A stretch of DNA of 64,000 nt from Bacillota bacterium (GTDB lineage Bacteria; Bacillota; Sulfobacillia; JACIYH01), in the NCBI GenBank assembly GCA_040757085.1, contig JBFLXJ010000009.1, positions 7,466 through 71,465 on the forward strand. The letters are read 5' to 3'. Under the pieces are notes generated by a model. It made no database searches, was not told the DNA's origin, and saw only the letters and a program-made list of their open reading frames with translations. Below are positions 29,580 to 39,083 of the stretch, piece by piece; within the stretch, counting starts at the first letter, position 1, and each line of letters begins with the position of its first letter. Both the position numbers and the translations under genes were made by a program.

Positions 29580-32063
29580 GTGTTCGGACGGTTTACGGAA
29601 CGAGCGCAACGGGTTATCGTGCTGGCCCAGGAAGAGGCGCGCCGGCTCAACCACGACTTCGTGGGTACCGAGCACCTCCTGCTGGGTCTCATCCGGGAAG
29701 GACAGGGCATTGCGGCCAAGGCCCTCATCAGCCTGGGGGTCGACCTGGAGCGGGTGCGCCAGGAAGTGGAGAAGATGATCCCCCGGGGGCAGGGGGCCCC
29801 CCAGGGGGACATCGGTTTTACGCCGCGGGCCAAGAAAGTGGTGCTGGAGCTGGCGGCCGAAGAGGCGCGCATGCTGGGCCACAACTACATCGGCACCGAG
29901 CATATCCTGCTGGGCCTTCTGCGGGAAGGGGAGGGCGTGGCCGCCCGGGTGCTGGACAACCTGGGGGCGGACCTGGACCGGGTGCGCAGCCAGGTGATCC
30001 ACCTGCTGGGCGGTCCCATGCCTGCTGCCCCCACTGGCAAGCCCGCGGGTCGTCAGCGCAGTGCCACTCCCACCCTGGACACCTACGGGCGTGACCTCAC
30101 GGCCCTGGCCCGAGAAGGTAAGCTCGACCCCGTCATCGGGCGGGAGCAGGAGATCGAGCGGGTGATCCAGATCCTTTCCCGGCGCACCAAGAACAACCCC
30201 GTGCTCATCGGTGAGCCCGGGGTGGGCAAGACCGCCATCGTCGAGGGGTTAGCCCAGCGCATCGTGGAGGGCAAGGTGCCCGAGATATTGCGCGACCGCC
30301 GGGTGGTGACGCTGGATCTGGCGGCCATGGTGGCGGGATCCAAGTACCGGGGCGAGTTCGAAGAGCGCCTCAAGAAGGTCATGGAGGAGATCCGCCAGTC
30401 GGGCAACATCATCCTCTTCGTGGACGAGATGCATACCATCATCGGGGCGGGTGCAGCGGAGGGGGCCATCGATGCCTCCAACATCCTCAAGCCCGCCCTG
30501 GCGCGCGGGGAGCTGCAGTGCGTGGGGGCCACCACCCTGGACGAGTACCGCAAGCACGTGGAAAAGGATCCCGCGCTGGAGCGGCGCTTCCAGCCCATCA
30601 TGGTCAACGAGCCCACCGCCGAGGAGGCCCTGGCTATCCTGCGCGGTCTGCGCGACCGCTACGAAGCTCACCACCGGGTGGAGATCACCGATGGGGCCCT
30701 GGAGGCAGCGGTGAGGCTCTCCGACCGCTATGTGGCCGACCGGTTCCTGCCCGACAAGGCCATCGATGTGATGGATGAGGCAGCTTCCCGGGTGAGGCTG
30801 CGTTCCTTCGTGGCGCCTCCCGACCTCAAGGCCCTGGAGCAGCGGCTGGAGGAGTTGAAGAAGGAGAAGGAAGCCGCCATCCAGTGCCAGGAGTTCGAAA
30901 AGGCGGCCCGGTTGCGAGACCAGGAGCAGAAGTTGCGCGCTGACCTGGAGAGGCAGCAGAAAGAGTGGGAGAAGCAGAAGTCTTCCGCCAAGGCCACCGT
31001 GACGGAAGAGGACATCGCCCAGGTGGTGTCCGCCTGGACCGGCATCCCGGTGCAGAAGATGAAGGTGGAAGAGCAGGAGCGGTTGCTACACCTTGAGGAA
31101 GAACTGCACCGTCGGGTGATCGGCCAGGACGAGGCTGTACAGGCGGTGGCGCGCGCCATCCGGCGGGCGCGGGCAGGGTTGAAGGATCCCAAGCGGCCCA
31201 TCGGTTCCTTCATCTTCCTGGGTCCCACCGGCGTGGGGAAGACCGAGCTGGCGCGGGCCCTGGCCGAAGCCCTCTTCGGAGACGAGGACGCCATGGTCCA
31301 CCTGGATATGTCAGAGTACATGGAGAGGCACACGGTTTCCCGGCTGGTGGGGGCACCGCCAGGATACGTGGGGTACGAGGAAGGTGGCCAGCTCACCGAG
31401 GCAGTGCGCAGGCGTCCCTATTCGGTCATCCTGCTGGACGAGATCGAGAAGGCCCACCCGGAGGTATTCAACATCCTGCTCCAGGTGCTGGAGGATGGAC
31501 GCCTTACCGAGGCCAAGGGTCGCACGGTGGACTTCCGCAACACGGTGGTGATCATGACCTCCAACGCCGGGTCCCATTACCTGCGCGGACAGACCGCCAT
31601 GGGGTTTCGGGCTGCGCACGATGAGCAGCGCACCTATCAGGACCTCAAGGACCGGGTCATGGAGGAGGTCAAGCGTACCTTCCGCCCCGAGTTCCTCAAC
31701 CGTATCGACGAGATCATCGTGTTCCACCCGCTCACCCAGGAGCACCTGAAGAAGATCGTGGAACTCATGCTGGGCCGCGTGGGAAAGCGCCTGAAGGAGA
31801 ACGGGCTGGAACTGGAGTTCACGGAAGGGGCCAAAGAGGTTCTCATCCGCGAGGGCTCCGACCTGATGTTCGGTGCCCGTCCGCTGCGGCGTACCATCCA
31901 GCGCATGGTGGAGGACCGGTTGGCCGACCTCATGCTGGAGGGGCGGTTCGCGTACGGGGACACGGTGGTGGTGGACGCCGCCCCCGATGGACGCAGCCTC
32001 ACCTTCCACAAGAAGGACGAAATGCGAGAGCAGCCCCAGCGGGAGGAAGCCGGGGTCAAGTAG
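29580..32063 (+). CDS. clpC: ATP-dependent Clp protease ATP-binding subunit ClpC
   Basis: GTG 29580 ([10 protein letters not shown]) follows GGGGGAG. Two Clp_N repeats, Walker A GEPGVGKT and GPTGVGKT, and a UVR-like middle motif. Confidence 0.95.
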   Translation: MFGRFTERAQRVIVLAQEEARRLNHDFVGTEHLLLGLIREGQGIAAKALISLGVDLERVRQEVEKMIPRGQGAPQGDIGFTPRAKKVVLELAAEEARMLGHNYIGTEHILLGLLREGEGVAARVLDNLGADLDRVRSQVIHLLGGPMPAAPTGKPAGRQRSATPTLDTYGRDLTALAREGKLDPVIGREQEIERVIQILSRRTKNNPVLIGEPGVGKTAIVEGLAQRIVEGKVPEILRDRRVVTLDLAAMVAGSKYRGEFEERLKKVMEEIRQSGNIILFVDEMHTIIGAGAAEGAIDASNILKPALARGELQCVGATTLDEYRKHVEKDPALERRFQPIMVNEPTAEEALAILRGLRDRYEAHHRVEITDGALEAAVRLSDRYVADRFLPDKAIDVMDEAASRVRLRSFVAPPDLKALEQRLEELKKEKEAAIQCQEFEKAARLRDQEQKLRADLERQQKEWEKQKSSAKATVTEEDIAQVVSAWTGIPVQKMKVEEQERLLHLEEELHRRVIGQDEAVQAVARAIRRARAGLKDPKRPIGSFIFLGPTGVGKTELARALAEALFGDEDAMVHLDMSEYMERHTVSRLVGAPPGYVGYEEGGQLTEAVRRRPYSVILLDEIEKAHPEVFNILLQVLEDGRLTEAKGRTVDFRNTVVIMTSNAGSHYLRGQTAMGFRAAHDEQRTYQDLKDRVMEEVKRTFRPEFLNRIDEIIVFHPLTQEHLKKIVELMLGRVGKRLKENGLELEFTEGAKEVLIREGSDLMFGARPLRRTIQRMVEDRLADLMLEGRFAYGDTVVVDAAPDGRSLTFHKKDEMREQPQREEAGVK

Positions 32064-32088
32064 CACGCTCGTACCGGGGGGACACGAG

Positions 32089-33084
32089 GTGCCAGCCAAC
32101 CTGACTCCCGACTACCTGGCAGCAGAGCAGCGCTTTCGGGAAGCGGTCACACTGGAGGACAAGCTGGAGGCCCTTGAGGAGATGCTGGCCACCATCCCCA
32201 AGCACAAGGGGACGGAAAAGATGCAGGCCGACATAAAGCGCCGCATGGCCCGCATTCGTGCCCAGCTTGAGGCCAGGCCCCAAACGGCGCGTCGCCGTTC
32301 CCTTTACCGGGTGGAGAAGCAGGGGGCAGGTCAGGTGGTGCTGGTGGGGCCCCCCAATTCGGGCAAGTCCCAGCTGCTGGGCTCCCTGAGCAACGCCACT
32401 CCCGAGGTGGCGCCTTATCCTTTCACCACCCGTTTCCCGGTGGCAGGGATGGTGCCTTTCGAAAACGTGCAGGTGCAGCTGGTGGACCTGCCTCCCCTGG
32501 CCCGGGACATGACCCCCGGGGAAGTGCTGGGTCTGGTGCGGGCGGCCGATGCGGTGCTGGTGGTGTTCGACCTGGCGGATGACGACCTGCTTGTCCAGGG
32601 CGAGGAAATCTTCACCCTCCTGGGGGAGGCGCGGCTCACCCTGGTAGGTGAGGGCAGGTCCGACCGTTCCCGCAAGCGGGCCCTGGTGGCGGGGAACAAG
32701 GCCGACCTGCCTGGGGCTTTGGTAAACCTGGAGCTACTCGAGGGGATGTGTACGCAGCAGGTGGTGGGCGGGCACGGGCCCCTGCCGGTGCTGGCGGTGT
32801 CGGCACTCTCCGGGCTGAACCTGCAAGAACTCCGTGCCCGGCTGTTTTCCATGCTGGAGAAGATCCGGGTCTACCCCAAGGCACCCGGGCGCAAGGTAGA
32901 ATACGATTCCCCCCTGGTTCTCCCCCGGGGATCCACCGTGCTGGAGGCAGCGGAGGACCTGCACAAGGACATCGCCCGCAACCTGAAGTATGCCCGCATC
33001 TGGAGTTCCCGCACCTTCGACGGGCAGATGGTACCGCGCGATTTCGTCCTAGAAGAAGGGGACGTGGTGGAGTTCCACACGTAG
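32089..33084 (+). CDS. DRG/Rbg-type Obg-like GTPase with C-terminal TGS domain
   Basis: GTG 32089. N-terminal helix ATIPKHKGTEKMQADIKRRMARIRAQL, G1 GPPNSGKS, G2 YPFTT, G3 position DLPP, G4 NKAD, and a TGS domain IRVYPKAPGRK..LVLPRGSTVLEAAEDLHKDI..LKYARIW. Confidence 0.75.
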   Translation: MPANLTPDYLAAEQRFREAVTLEDKLEALEEMLATIPKHKGTEKMQADIKRRMARIRAQLEARPQTARRRSLYRVEKQGAGQVVLVGPPNSGKSQLLGSLSNATPEVAPYPFTTRFPVAGMVPFENVQVQLVDLPPLARDMTPGEVLGLVRAADAVLVVFDLADDDLLVQGEEIFTLLGEARLTLVGEGRSDRSRKRALVAGNKADLPGALVNLELLEGMCTQQVVGGHGPLPVLAVSALSGLNLQELRARLFSMLEKIRVYPKAPGRKVEYDSPLVLPRGSTVLEAAEDLHKDIARNLKYARIWSSRTFDGQMVPRDFVLEEGDVVEFHT

Positions 33085-33096
33085 GCAGCCGGGGGG

Positions 33097-34470
33097 ATGG
33101 GAGTGCCGGAATCACGCAGCCGATTCGTGTGTCAGAGTTGCGGCTACGAGGCGGCCCGCTGGCTGGGGCGTTGCCCCCAGTGCGGGCAATGGAACAGCCT
33201 GGTGGAGGAACCGTTCCCTTCCCGGCCTCCCCCGGGACGGGCGTGGGTGGAAGAATCTACTCCCCCCCTGGCGATCACTGCGGTGGAAGCCCAGCCCCGG
33301 CCGCGGTTCAGCACCGGCAGCGGGGAAATGGACCGGGTGCTGGGGGGCGGAGTGGTACCGGGGTCCCTGGTTCTCATCGGCGGTGATCCCGGGATAGGCA
33401 AGTCCACCCTGCTCCTGCAGGTGAGCCATGCCGTGAGCCGGGAGGCCCGCGTCCTGTACATATCGGGGGAGGAATCGGTACAGCAGATCAGGCTACGGGC
33501 GGAGCGCCTGGGAGCCCTTTCCTCTCAGCTACTGGTAATGGCCCATACCGACCTGGAAAGAATCGTGCACCGGCTAGGGGAAGTGCAGCCCCGCCTGGCG
33601 GTGGTGGATTCCATCCAAACCGTGTATCGGGCCGATTTGGGCTCGGCGCCGGGATCGGTGAGCCAGGTGCGCGAATGCACGGCCGAGTTGTTACGGGTGG
33701 CCAAGGCCACCGGGGTAGCCATCTTCATCGTGGGCCACGTCACCAAAGGAGGCGAAATCGCGGGCCCCCGAGTACTGGAACACATGGTGGACACCGTCCT
33801 CTACCTGGACGGGGACAGGCACCACGCCTATCGGGTACTCAGGGCCTACAAGAACAGGTTCGGTTCCGCCAGCGAGCTGGGTGTGTTCGAGATGGCGGAG
33901 TCAGGGATGGCCGATGTTCCCAACCCATCTGGCTTTTTCCTGGCAGAGCGTCCGGAACGGGTTCCGGGGTCGGTGGTCACCGCCTGCCTGGAGGGGATGC
34001 GTCCCCTCCTGGTGGAGGTCCAGGCCCTGGTGAGTCCCACCCCCTTTTCTGTGCCCCGGCGTATGGTGTCGGGAGTGGATCCCGGGCGGGTCGTGCTCAT
34101 GGCCGCAGTGCTGGAAAAGAGGCTGGGGATGCACCTGGGTAACCAGGACGCCTACGTGAAGGTGGCGGGCGGGGTGAAAATAGAGGAGCCCGCGGTCGAC
34201 CTGGCAGTGGCCGTGGCCCTGGCCTCCAGTTTCCGCGACCTGCCCGTGCGGGCAGGTGTGGTGGTGGCGGGAGAGGTGGGGCTGGCCGGCGAGGTGCGGG
34301 GCATTCCCCGGGTGGGCGAGCGCCTGCGGGAAGCAGAGCGGGTGGGATTCAACTGTTTTGTCCTGCCGGCGTCTAGTACCAGGAGCCTGGAGAGGACGGG
34401 GTGGCAGGGCAAGATAGAGGTAGCGGGGGTTTCTCAGGTGGCGGAGGCCCTGGACCTCGTGCTGAGCTGA
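33097..34470 (+). CDS. radA: DNA repair protein RadA
   Basis: C4 zinc finger CQSCGY..CPQCGQWN, Walker A GGDPGIGKST, KNRFG motif, and a Lon-like C-terminal domain. Confidence 0.95.
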   Translation: MGVPESRSRFVCQSCGYEAARWLGRCPQCGQWNSLVEEPFPSRPPPGRAWVEESTPPLAITAVEAQPRPRFSTGSGEMDRVLGGGVVPGSLVLIGGDPGIGKSTLLLQVSHAVSREARVLYISGEESVQQIRLRAERLGALSSQLLVMAHTDLERIVHRLGEVQPRLAVVDSIQTVYRADLGSAPGSVSQVRECTAELLRVAKATGVAIFIVGHVTKGGEIAGPRVLEHMVDTVLYLDGDRHHAYRVLRAYKNRFGSASELGVFEMAESGMADVPNPSGFFLAERPERVPGSVVTACLEGMRPLLVEVQALVSPTPFSVPRRMVSGVDPGRVVLMAAVLEKRLGMHLGNQDAYVKVAGGVKIEEPAVDLAVAVALASSFRDLPVRAGVVVAGEVGLAGEVRGIPRVGERLREAERVGFNCFVLPASSTRSLERTGWQGKIEVAGVSQVAEALDLVLS

Positions 34471-34483
34471 GGAGAAGTGGCCG

Positions 34484-35575
34484 ATGGCGGGCGGGGTGGG
34501 TATGGGGGAAGCAGCGGAGACCTGGAGCAAGACGGTCAGGGTGGTGGCCCCTGGCACGGTGCTGCGCGAGGCCCTTGACAACATCGTGCGGGCCCGCACG
34601 GGGGCGCTCATCGTGGTGGGTGACAGCCCCGAGGTGATGAAGCTGGTGACGGGGGGATTTCCCCTGGATGTCCCTGTGGTCCCGGCCCTCCTCTACGAGC
34701 TGGCCAAGATGGACGGCGCCATAGTGCTCAGCCGGGATGCCAGCAGGGTGCTGTGGGCCAACACCCAGCTGGTGCCTGATCCCAGCATCCCTTCGGAAGA
34801 GGCGGGGATCAGACACCGCACCGCCGAGCGGGTGGCTCGGCAGACCGGTGAACTGGTGATTGCCGTATCTCAACGTCGCAACACCATCACCCTGTACCGG
34901 GGTACCTTGCGCTACGTGCTGCCGGATACCCCGGTGGTGCTGGCCAAGGCCAACCAGGCCCTGCAGACTTTGGAGAAGTACCGCAGCGTATTCGAAGAGG
35001 ACCTGCAGAGGCTGACGGTGCTGGAACTGGAGGACGCCGTCACCCTGGGGGACGTGCTCATCGTGGTTCACCGTGCCCAAATGGCCAACCGCATCGTGGC
35101 CGAGGTGGACGGTTACGTAGGGGAGCTGGGTACAGAGGGGTGGCTGGTGAGCCTGGAACTGCGCGAATTGCAGAGCGGGATTGCAGAACAGGAGAAGCTG
35201 GTGCTCTCCGACTACGTGGTGGACGGCCGCGATCCCGATGAGGCACTGGAAGAACTGTCTGCTCTGAGCAGAGAGGCTTTGCGGGACATGCCCACTCTGG
35301 CCCGCATCCTGGGGTATCCCTCGCCCCCGGGGTTTGCGGAGACGCGGGTGTCACCGCGGGGCGTACGCGTCCTGCGCAGCATCCCCCACCTTCCCGCCGC
35401 GGTGGTGGACAACCTGGTGGCGAGATTCGGGCGCCTTCCCGCTGTGATGCGCGCCAGCCTGCAGGAACTGGACGACGTCGAGGGTATAGGAGAGGTGAGG
35501 GCACGCGCCGTATGTGACGGCCTCAAGCGCATGCGAGAGGAACTTTCCAGGCGCCCCGCCCGCGCCGTCCGCTGA
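34484..35575 (+). CDS. disA: DNA integrity scanning protein DisA (diadenylate cyclase)
   Basis: DAC domain (GALIVVGD..., DGAIVLS, RHRTAERVA) and a C-terminal HhH region. The ATG follows GAGGAG. Confidence 0.92.
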   Translation: MAGGVGMGEAAETWSKTVRVVAPGTVLREALDNIVRARTGALIVVGDSPEVMKLVTGGFPLDVPVVPALLYELAKMDGAIVLSRDASRVLWANTQLVPDPSIPSEEAGIRHRTAERVARQTGELVIAVSQRRNTITLYRGTLRYVLPDTPVVLAKANQALQTLEKYRSVFEEDLQRLTVLELEDAVTLGDVLIVVHRAQMANRIVAEVDGYVGELGTEGWLVSLELRELQSGIAEQEKLVLSDYVVDGRDPDEALEELSALSREALRDMPTLARILGYPSPPGFAETRVSPRGVRVLRSIPHLPAAVVDNLVARFGRLPAVMRASLQELDDVEGIGEVRARAVCDGLKRMREELSRRPARAVR

Positions 35576-35623
35576 TTGAAGCCCGCCGGGGTCGGTGGCC
35601 CCTGGTTTGGAGTTCTCCGCCCA

Positions 35624-36022
35624 TCAAGCCAGGGAATAAGGGCCCAGCGTGGAGAGGTGCTGGTGTTCCTTGACGAAGACGTCGTAAAGATTGATGTCCA
35701 GTAGATTGCAAAGGGCAGCCAGGTAAAACAGGTGGCTGCCCAGTTCCTGCTCCAGTACTTCCTGACAGTGCTCGCAAATTTTGCCTTCCAGGTGGGTTTC
35801 CATGTACCGGCGCATTTCCTGTAGAGAGGAAACGTCAGCCGGAATCTGTTGCCTGTGGGCGTGCACGTTCAGGCATCCACAGGTGGTGACAGCCTTGCTT
35901 ACGGCCCGGTTGATCCGTGCGCTGGACTCCTGCAGCTTGGAGAGCACGTCGAGGATGCTGCGATGCCTGACCAGACACTCCTCCACTGCCTGCTGGAATC
36001 CGTCACACAGGAGGTCCTTCAA
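35624..36022 (-). CDS. conserved hypothetical Cys-rich protein (MazG-like C-terminal helix)
   Basis: TTG start after AAGGTGG. 132 aa with TTCGC and CEHC cysteine pairs and a C-terminal ELGSHLFYLAALCNLLDINLYDVF segment reminiscent of MazG-type pyrophosphohydrolase helices. Family not identified. Confidence 0.6.
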   Translation of the reverse strand: MKDLLCDGFQQAVEECLVRHRSILDVLSKLQESSARINRAVSKAVTTCGCLNVHAHRQQIPADVSSLQEMRRYMETHLEGKICEHCQEVLEQELGSHLFYLAALCNLLDINLYDVFVKEHQHLSTLGPYSLA

Positions 36023-36052
36023 AAGCCGGCACCACCTTCTCAGAGATAGTGC

Positions 36053-36127
36053 TGGTGGACGTGGCGGGATTCGAACCCGCGGCCTCTCGGATGCGAACCG
36101 AACGCTCTCCCACTGAGCTACACGCCC
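36053..36127 (-). tRNA. tRNA-Ala(CGC)
   Basis: The reverse complement folds as a cloverleaf: acceptor GGGCGTG/CACGTCC with the G3-U70 Ala identity pair, anticodon loop TTCGCAT, T-loop GGTTCGAATCC, encoded CCA. Confidence 0.9.
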
Positions 36128-36244
36128 ACCGTCGATCTTCTCGCACGGCCATTTTACAACTCCCCCAGCGCACCGTCAAGTTGACCCCCCGGTGGGCGTT
36201 GTGCTACGCTAGTATTTACAGGGGTTGTCGCGGGAGGCCGTGCG

Positions 36245-36721
36245 ATGTTCAAGGTGGGCGACAAGGTCGTTTACCCCATGCACGGGGCAGGAGTCATAGA
36301 GGCTATCGAGGAGCACGAGGTCCTGGGCCAGAAGCAGGAGTATTACATAATGCGCCTGCCTTTGGGGGACATGAAAGTGATGATCCCCATCAGCAGCGTG
36401 GAGCAGGTGGGGTTGCGGGCGGTGGAACCGGCGGACCGCATGGATGCCGTGATCGCCACCCTCAAGCGGCCGGCCCCGTCCGTACCGGGAAACTGGAACC
36501 ACCGGTACCGCGCCAATTTGGAGAAGATAAAGAGCGGCAACGCCTTTGAAGTGGCAGAAGTCGTCCTGAGTCTGACCCGTCGGGATCGGGAAAAAGGGCT
36601 TTCCACCGGAGAGCGCCGCATGCTGGAGGTTGCCAGACAGATCCTGGTGTCGGAACTGGTCCTCTCTAAAGGTCTTCCCCTCCAGGAAGCTTCCTCCCTT
36701 CTGGATCGCGCTCTGGCCTGA
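36245..36721 (+). CDS. carD: CarD-family transcriptional regulator
   Basis: MFKVGDKVVYPMHGAGVIEAIEE..VLG....YY.L is the conserved CarD/CdnL RNAP-interacting domain. Confidence 0.9.
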   Translation: MFKVGDKVVYPMHGAGVIEAIEEHEVLGQKQEYYIMRLPLGDMKVMIPISSVEQVGLRAVEPADRMDAVIATLKRPAPSVPGNWNHRYRANLEKIKSGNAFEVAEVVLSLTRRDREKGLSTGERRMLEVARQILVSELVLSKGLPLQEASSLLDRALA

Positions 36722-36828
36722 TGCCCGGACACCGTGGCGAGCGGGGGCGGGGTTCGTTCCTTGCCCCTGCGTGCTTTTCTGCCCTATAATTACTTCCAGC
36801 GAGATTAGAGGCGCGGGGCGGAGAGGGG

Positions 36829-37920
36829 GTGTGCCATAACTTGGATGCGAAGCTGAGGAGAGTGGTGGCGTACGTCGGGCTGCTGGCTGGCCTGGCGAGT
36901 GGCGGATGGGGTGTGGATCCCCTACTCACCTACCTGGGGAGTTCTTTGCCGCCCGTCCAGCGCATCAGTGTGCTGGTGTTGGGAGCGGCACTAGGCGGCC
37001 TCATCGGTTTTATCATACTGCCCCAGGTGGTCCGGGCCATCCTGGTGGGGACCGGGCGACTGGAAGTGCGCCTGTCTCGGGTTCCCATCGCGGACATGGT
37101 GGCGGGGACCCTGGGGTTAATATGCGGCCTTCTCATCGCCAACCTGCTCACCTATCCTTTTTCGCGGCTGCCGCGCATCGGTCCCTTCCTGCCCCCTGCG
37201 GCCAGCGTGATCATGGCTTACCTGGGAGCCAGCCTGGCGGTCCACCGGCGAGACGAACTGGCCGCCCTGGTACCATTTCTGGGCCGGTGGGGCGGAAAAG
37301 ACAGGGGCCTGCGGGAGGGCATGGCCAAGATCCTGGACACCAGCGCCATCATCGACGGGCGCATCGTGGACGTGTGCCAGACCGGCTTCCTGGAAGGGCC
37401 GGTGGTGATCCCGTCCTTTGTGCTGGAGGAATTGCGCCACATCGCGGATTCCACCGATGGCGTGCGCAGGAGCCGGGGTCGCCGGGGGCTGGAGGTGCTG
37501 GCCCAGCTCCAGCAGACGCCCGGGGTACCGGTGCAGGTCTGGGAGAAGGACGTGCCCGGGCGTGACGTTGACTCCAAGTTGCTGAGGCTGGCCAAGCAAG
37601 TGCGGGGTAAGGTGGTAACCAACGACTTCAACCTCAACCGGGTGTGCGCGGTGCAGGGGATACCGGTGCTGAACCTCAACGAGCTGGCAAATGCCCTGAA
37701 ACCCAGGGTCTTGCCTGGTGAGGAGATGTCCGTGCACATCCTGCGGGACGGCAAGGAAGCCGGGCAGGGAGTCGGGTACCTCGACGACGGTACCATGATC
37801 GTGGTGGAAGGCGGCAAGCGGCATATCGGGGAAACCATAGAGGTGGCGGTCACCAGCGTGTTGCAGACCGCGGCCGGGCGCATGATATTCGCACGGCCCA
37901 AGCTGGACAAGGCAGGATGA
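36829..37920 (+). CDS. PIN/TRAM-domain protein (YacL-like)
   Basis: N-terminal TM helices, a PIN domain (KILDTSAIIDGRI), and a C-terminal TRAM domain (GQGVGYLDDGTMIVVEGG..IGE). The alternative TTG start at 36841 is equally possible. Confidence 0.85.
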   Translation: MCHNLDAKLRRVVAYVGLLAGLASGGWGVDPLLTYLGSSLPPVQRISVLVLGAALGGLIGFIILPQVVRAILVGTGRLEVRLSRVPIADMVAGTLGLICGLLIANLLTYPFSRLPRIGPFLPPAASVIMAYLGASLAVHRRDELAALVPFLGRWGGKDRGLREGMAKILDTSAIIDGRIVDVCQTGFLEGPVVIPSFVLEELRHIADSTDGVRRSRGRRGLEVLAQLQQTPGVPVQVWEKDVPGRDVDSKLLRLAKQVRGKVVTNDFNLNRVCAVQGIPVLNLNELANALKPRVLPGEEMSVHILRDGKEAGQGVGYLDDGTMIVVEGGKRHIGETIEVAVTSVLQTAAGRMIFARPKLDKAG

Positions 37921-39083
37921 ACCAGCGGGTAGGAGCGATCGTGGCCGCGGCCGGCCAGGGGGAAAGGCTGGGGATGGGACCCAAAGCCCTGCTACCCCTG
38001 GCCGGGTTGCCTCTCTTGGCCTGGGCCCTGGAGTCCCTGCAGGACTCCGGTGTGGTTGATGAAATCGTGGTGGTGGCCCCTGCAGACGTCGAGGGGCAGG
38101 TGCGCGGCCTGGCCCGGGAATTCCCATCCGTCTCCGCCGTGGTGCCGGGCGGTGCCCATCGCCAGGAGTCGGTCTACCGGGGGCTGGGGGCCCTGACCCC
38201 GGCGGTGGCATGGGTGGTGGTCCACGACGTGGCCAGACCTTTTGCCGCCGCCGCCCTGGTGCTCCGGGTGGTGGAGGCCGCGAAGGAAGTGGGAGCGGCT
38301 TTGGCTGCCGCCCCCGTGGTCGACACACTGAAAGAGGGAGCGACCACGGTGCGGCGGACGGTGCCGAGGGAGGAGATGTGGCAGGCCCAGACGCCCCAGG
38401 CCTTCCGACGCGACTGGCTGGAGGAGGCCCACCGCCGGGCGCGCGCGGAGGGCTTCCTGGGTACCGATGACAGCGTGTTGGTGGAGAGGCTGGGTTACCC
38501 GGTGAAGCTGGTGCCTTCCTCCCGCCACAACCTGAAGATCACCCTCCCCGAGGATCTCAAGCTGGCGGAAGAGATGGTTCGCGGTATGGCCACCGTCAGG
38601 GTGGGGATGGGTTTTGACATTCACCCCCTGGCCCCGGGCAGACCGCTGGTGCTGGCCGGGGTGGAGGTTCCTTCGCCGGTGGGATTGGTGGGGCATTCGG
38701 ACGGGGACGTGATATGCCACGCCCTCATGGATGCGCTGCTGGGGGCGGCCGGCGAACGGGACATCGGTTTCTGGTTCCCTCCTTCCGACCCCCGCTTCCG
38801 GGGTGCGCACAGCCGCGACCTGGTCGGGCAGGTAGTGGCCAGGTTGGGCGAGCGGGGATTCGTTCCCGTGAACGCGGATGTGACGGTGGTGGCGGAGGAG
38901 CCCGTGCTCTCTCCCTTCATCCCGGCCATGAAGGCCAGCCTGGCGGGGGTCCTGGGGGTAGAGGAAGGGGCGGTGGGCCTTAAGGCTACCACGGCCGAGG
39001 GCCTGGGTGCCCTGGGCCGTCGCGAGGGGATGGCGGCCTGGGCCGTGTGCACGGTGCAGGCCCGGGGGAGGTGGAGGGTTTGA
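37917..39083 (+). CDS. ispDF: bifunctional IspD/IspF (MEP cytidylyltransferase / MEcPP synthase)
   Basis: N-terminal half AAAGQGERLG..PK (IspD). C-terminal half VGMGFDIHPL...GHSDGDV..HAL.DALLGA (IspF). A single uninterrupted frame. Confidence 0.92.
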   Translation: MNQRVGAIVAAAGQGERLGMGPKALLPLAGLPLLAWALESLQDSGVVDEIVVVAPADVEGQVRGLAREFPSVSAVVPGGAHRQESVYRGLGALTPAVAWVVVHDVARPFAAAALVLRVVEAAKEVGAALAAAPVVDTLKEGATTVRRTVPREEMWQAQTPQAFRRDWLEEAHRRARAEGFLGTDDSVLVERLGYPVKLVPSSRHNLKITLPEDLKLAEEMVRGMATVRVGMGFDIHPLAPGRPLVLAGVEVPSPVGLVGHSDGDVICHALMDALLGAAGERDIGFWFPPSDPRFRGAHSRDLVGQVVARLGERGFVPVNADVTVVAEEPVLSPFIPAMKASLAGVLGVEEGAVGLKATTAEGLGALGRREGMAAWAVCTVQARGRWRV

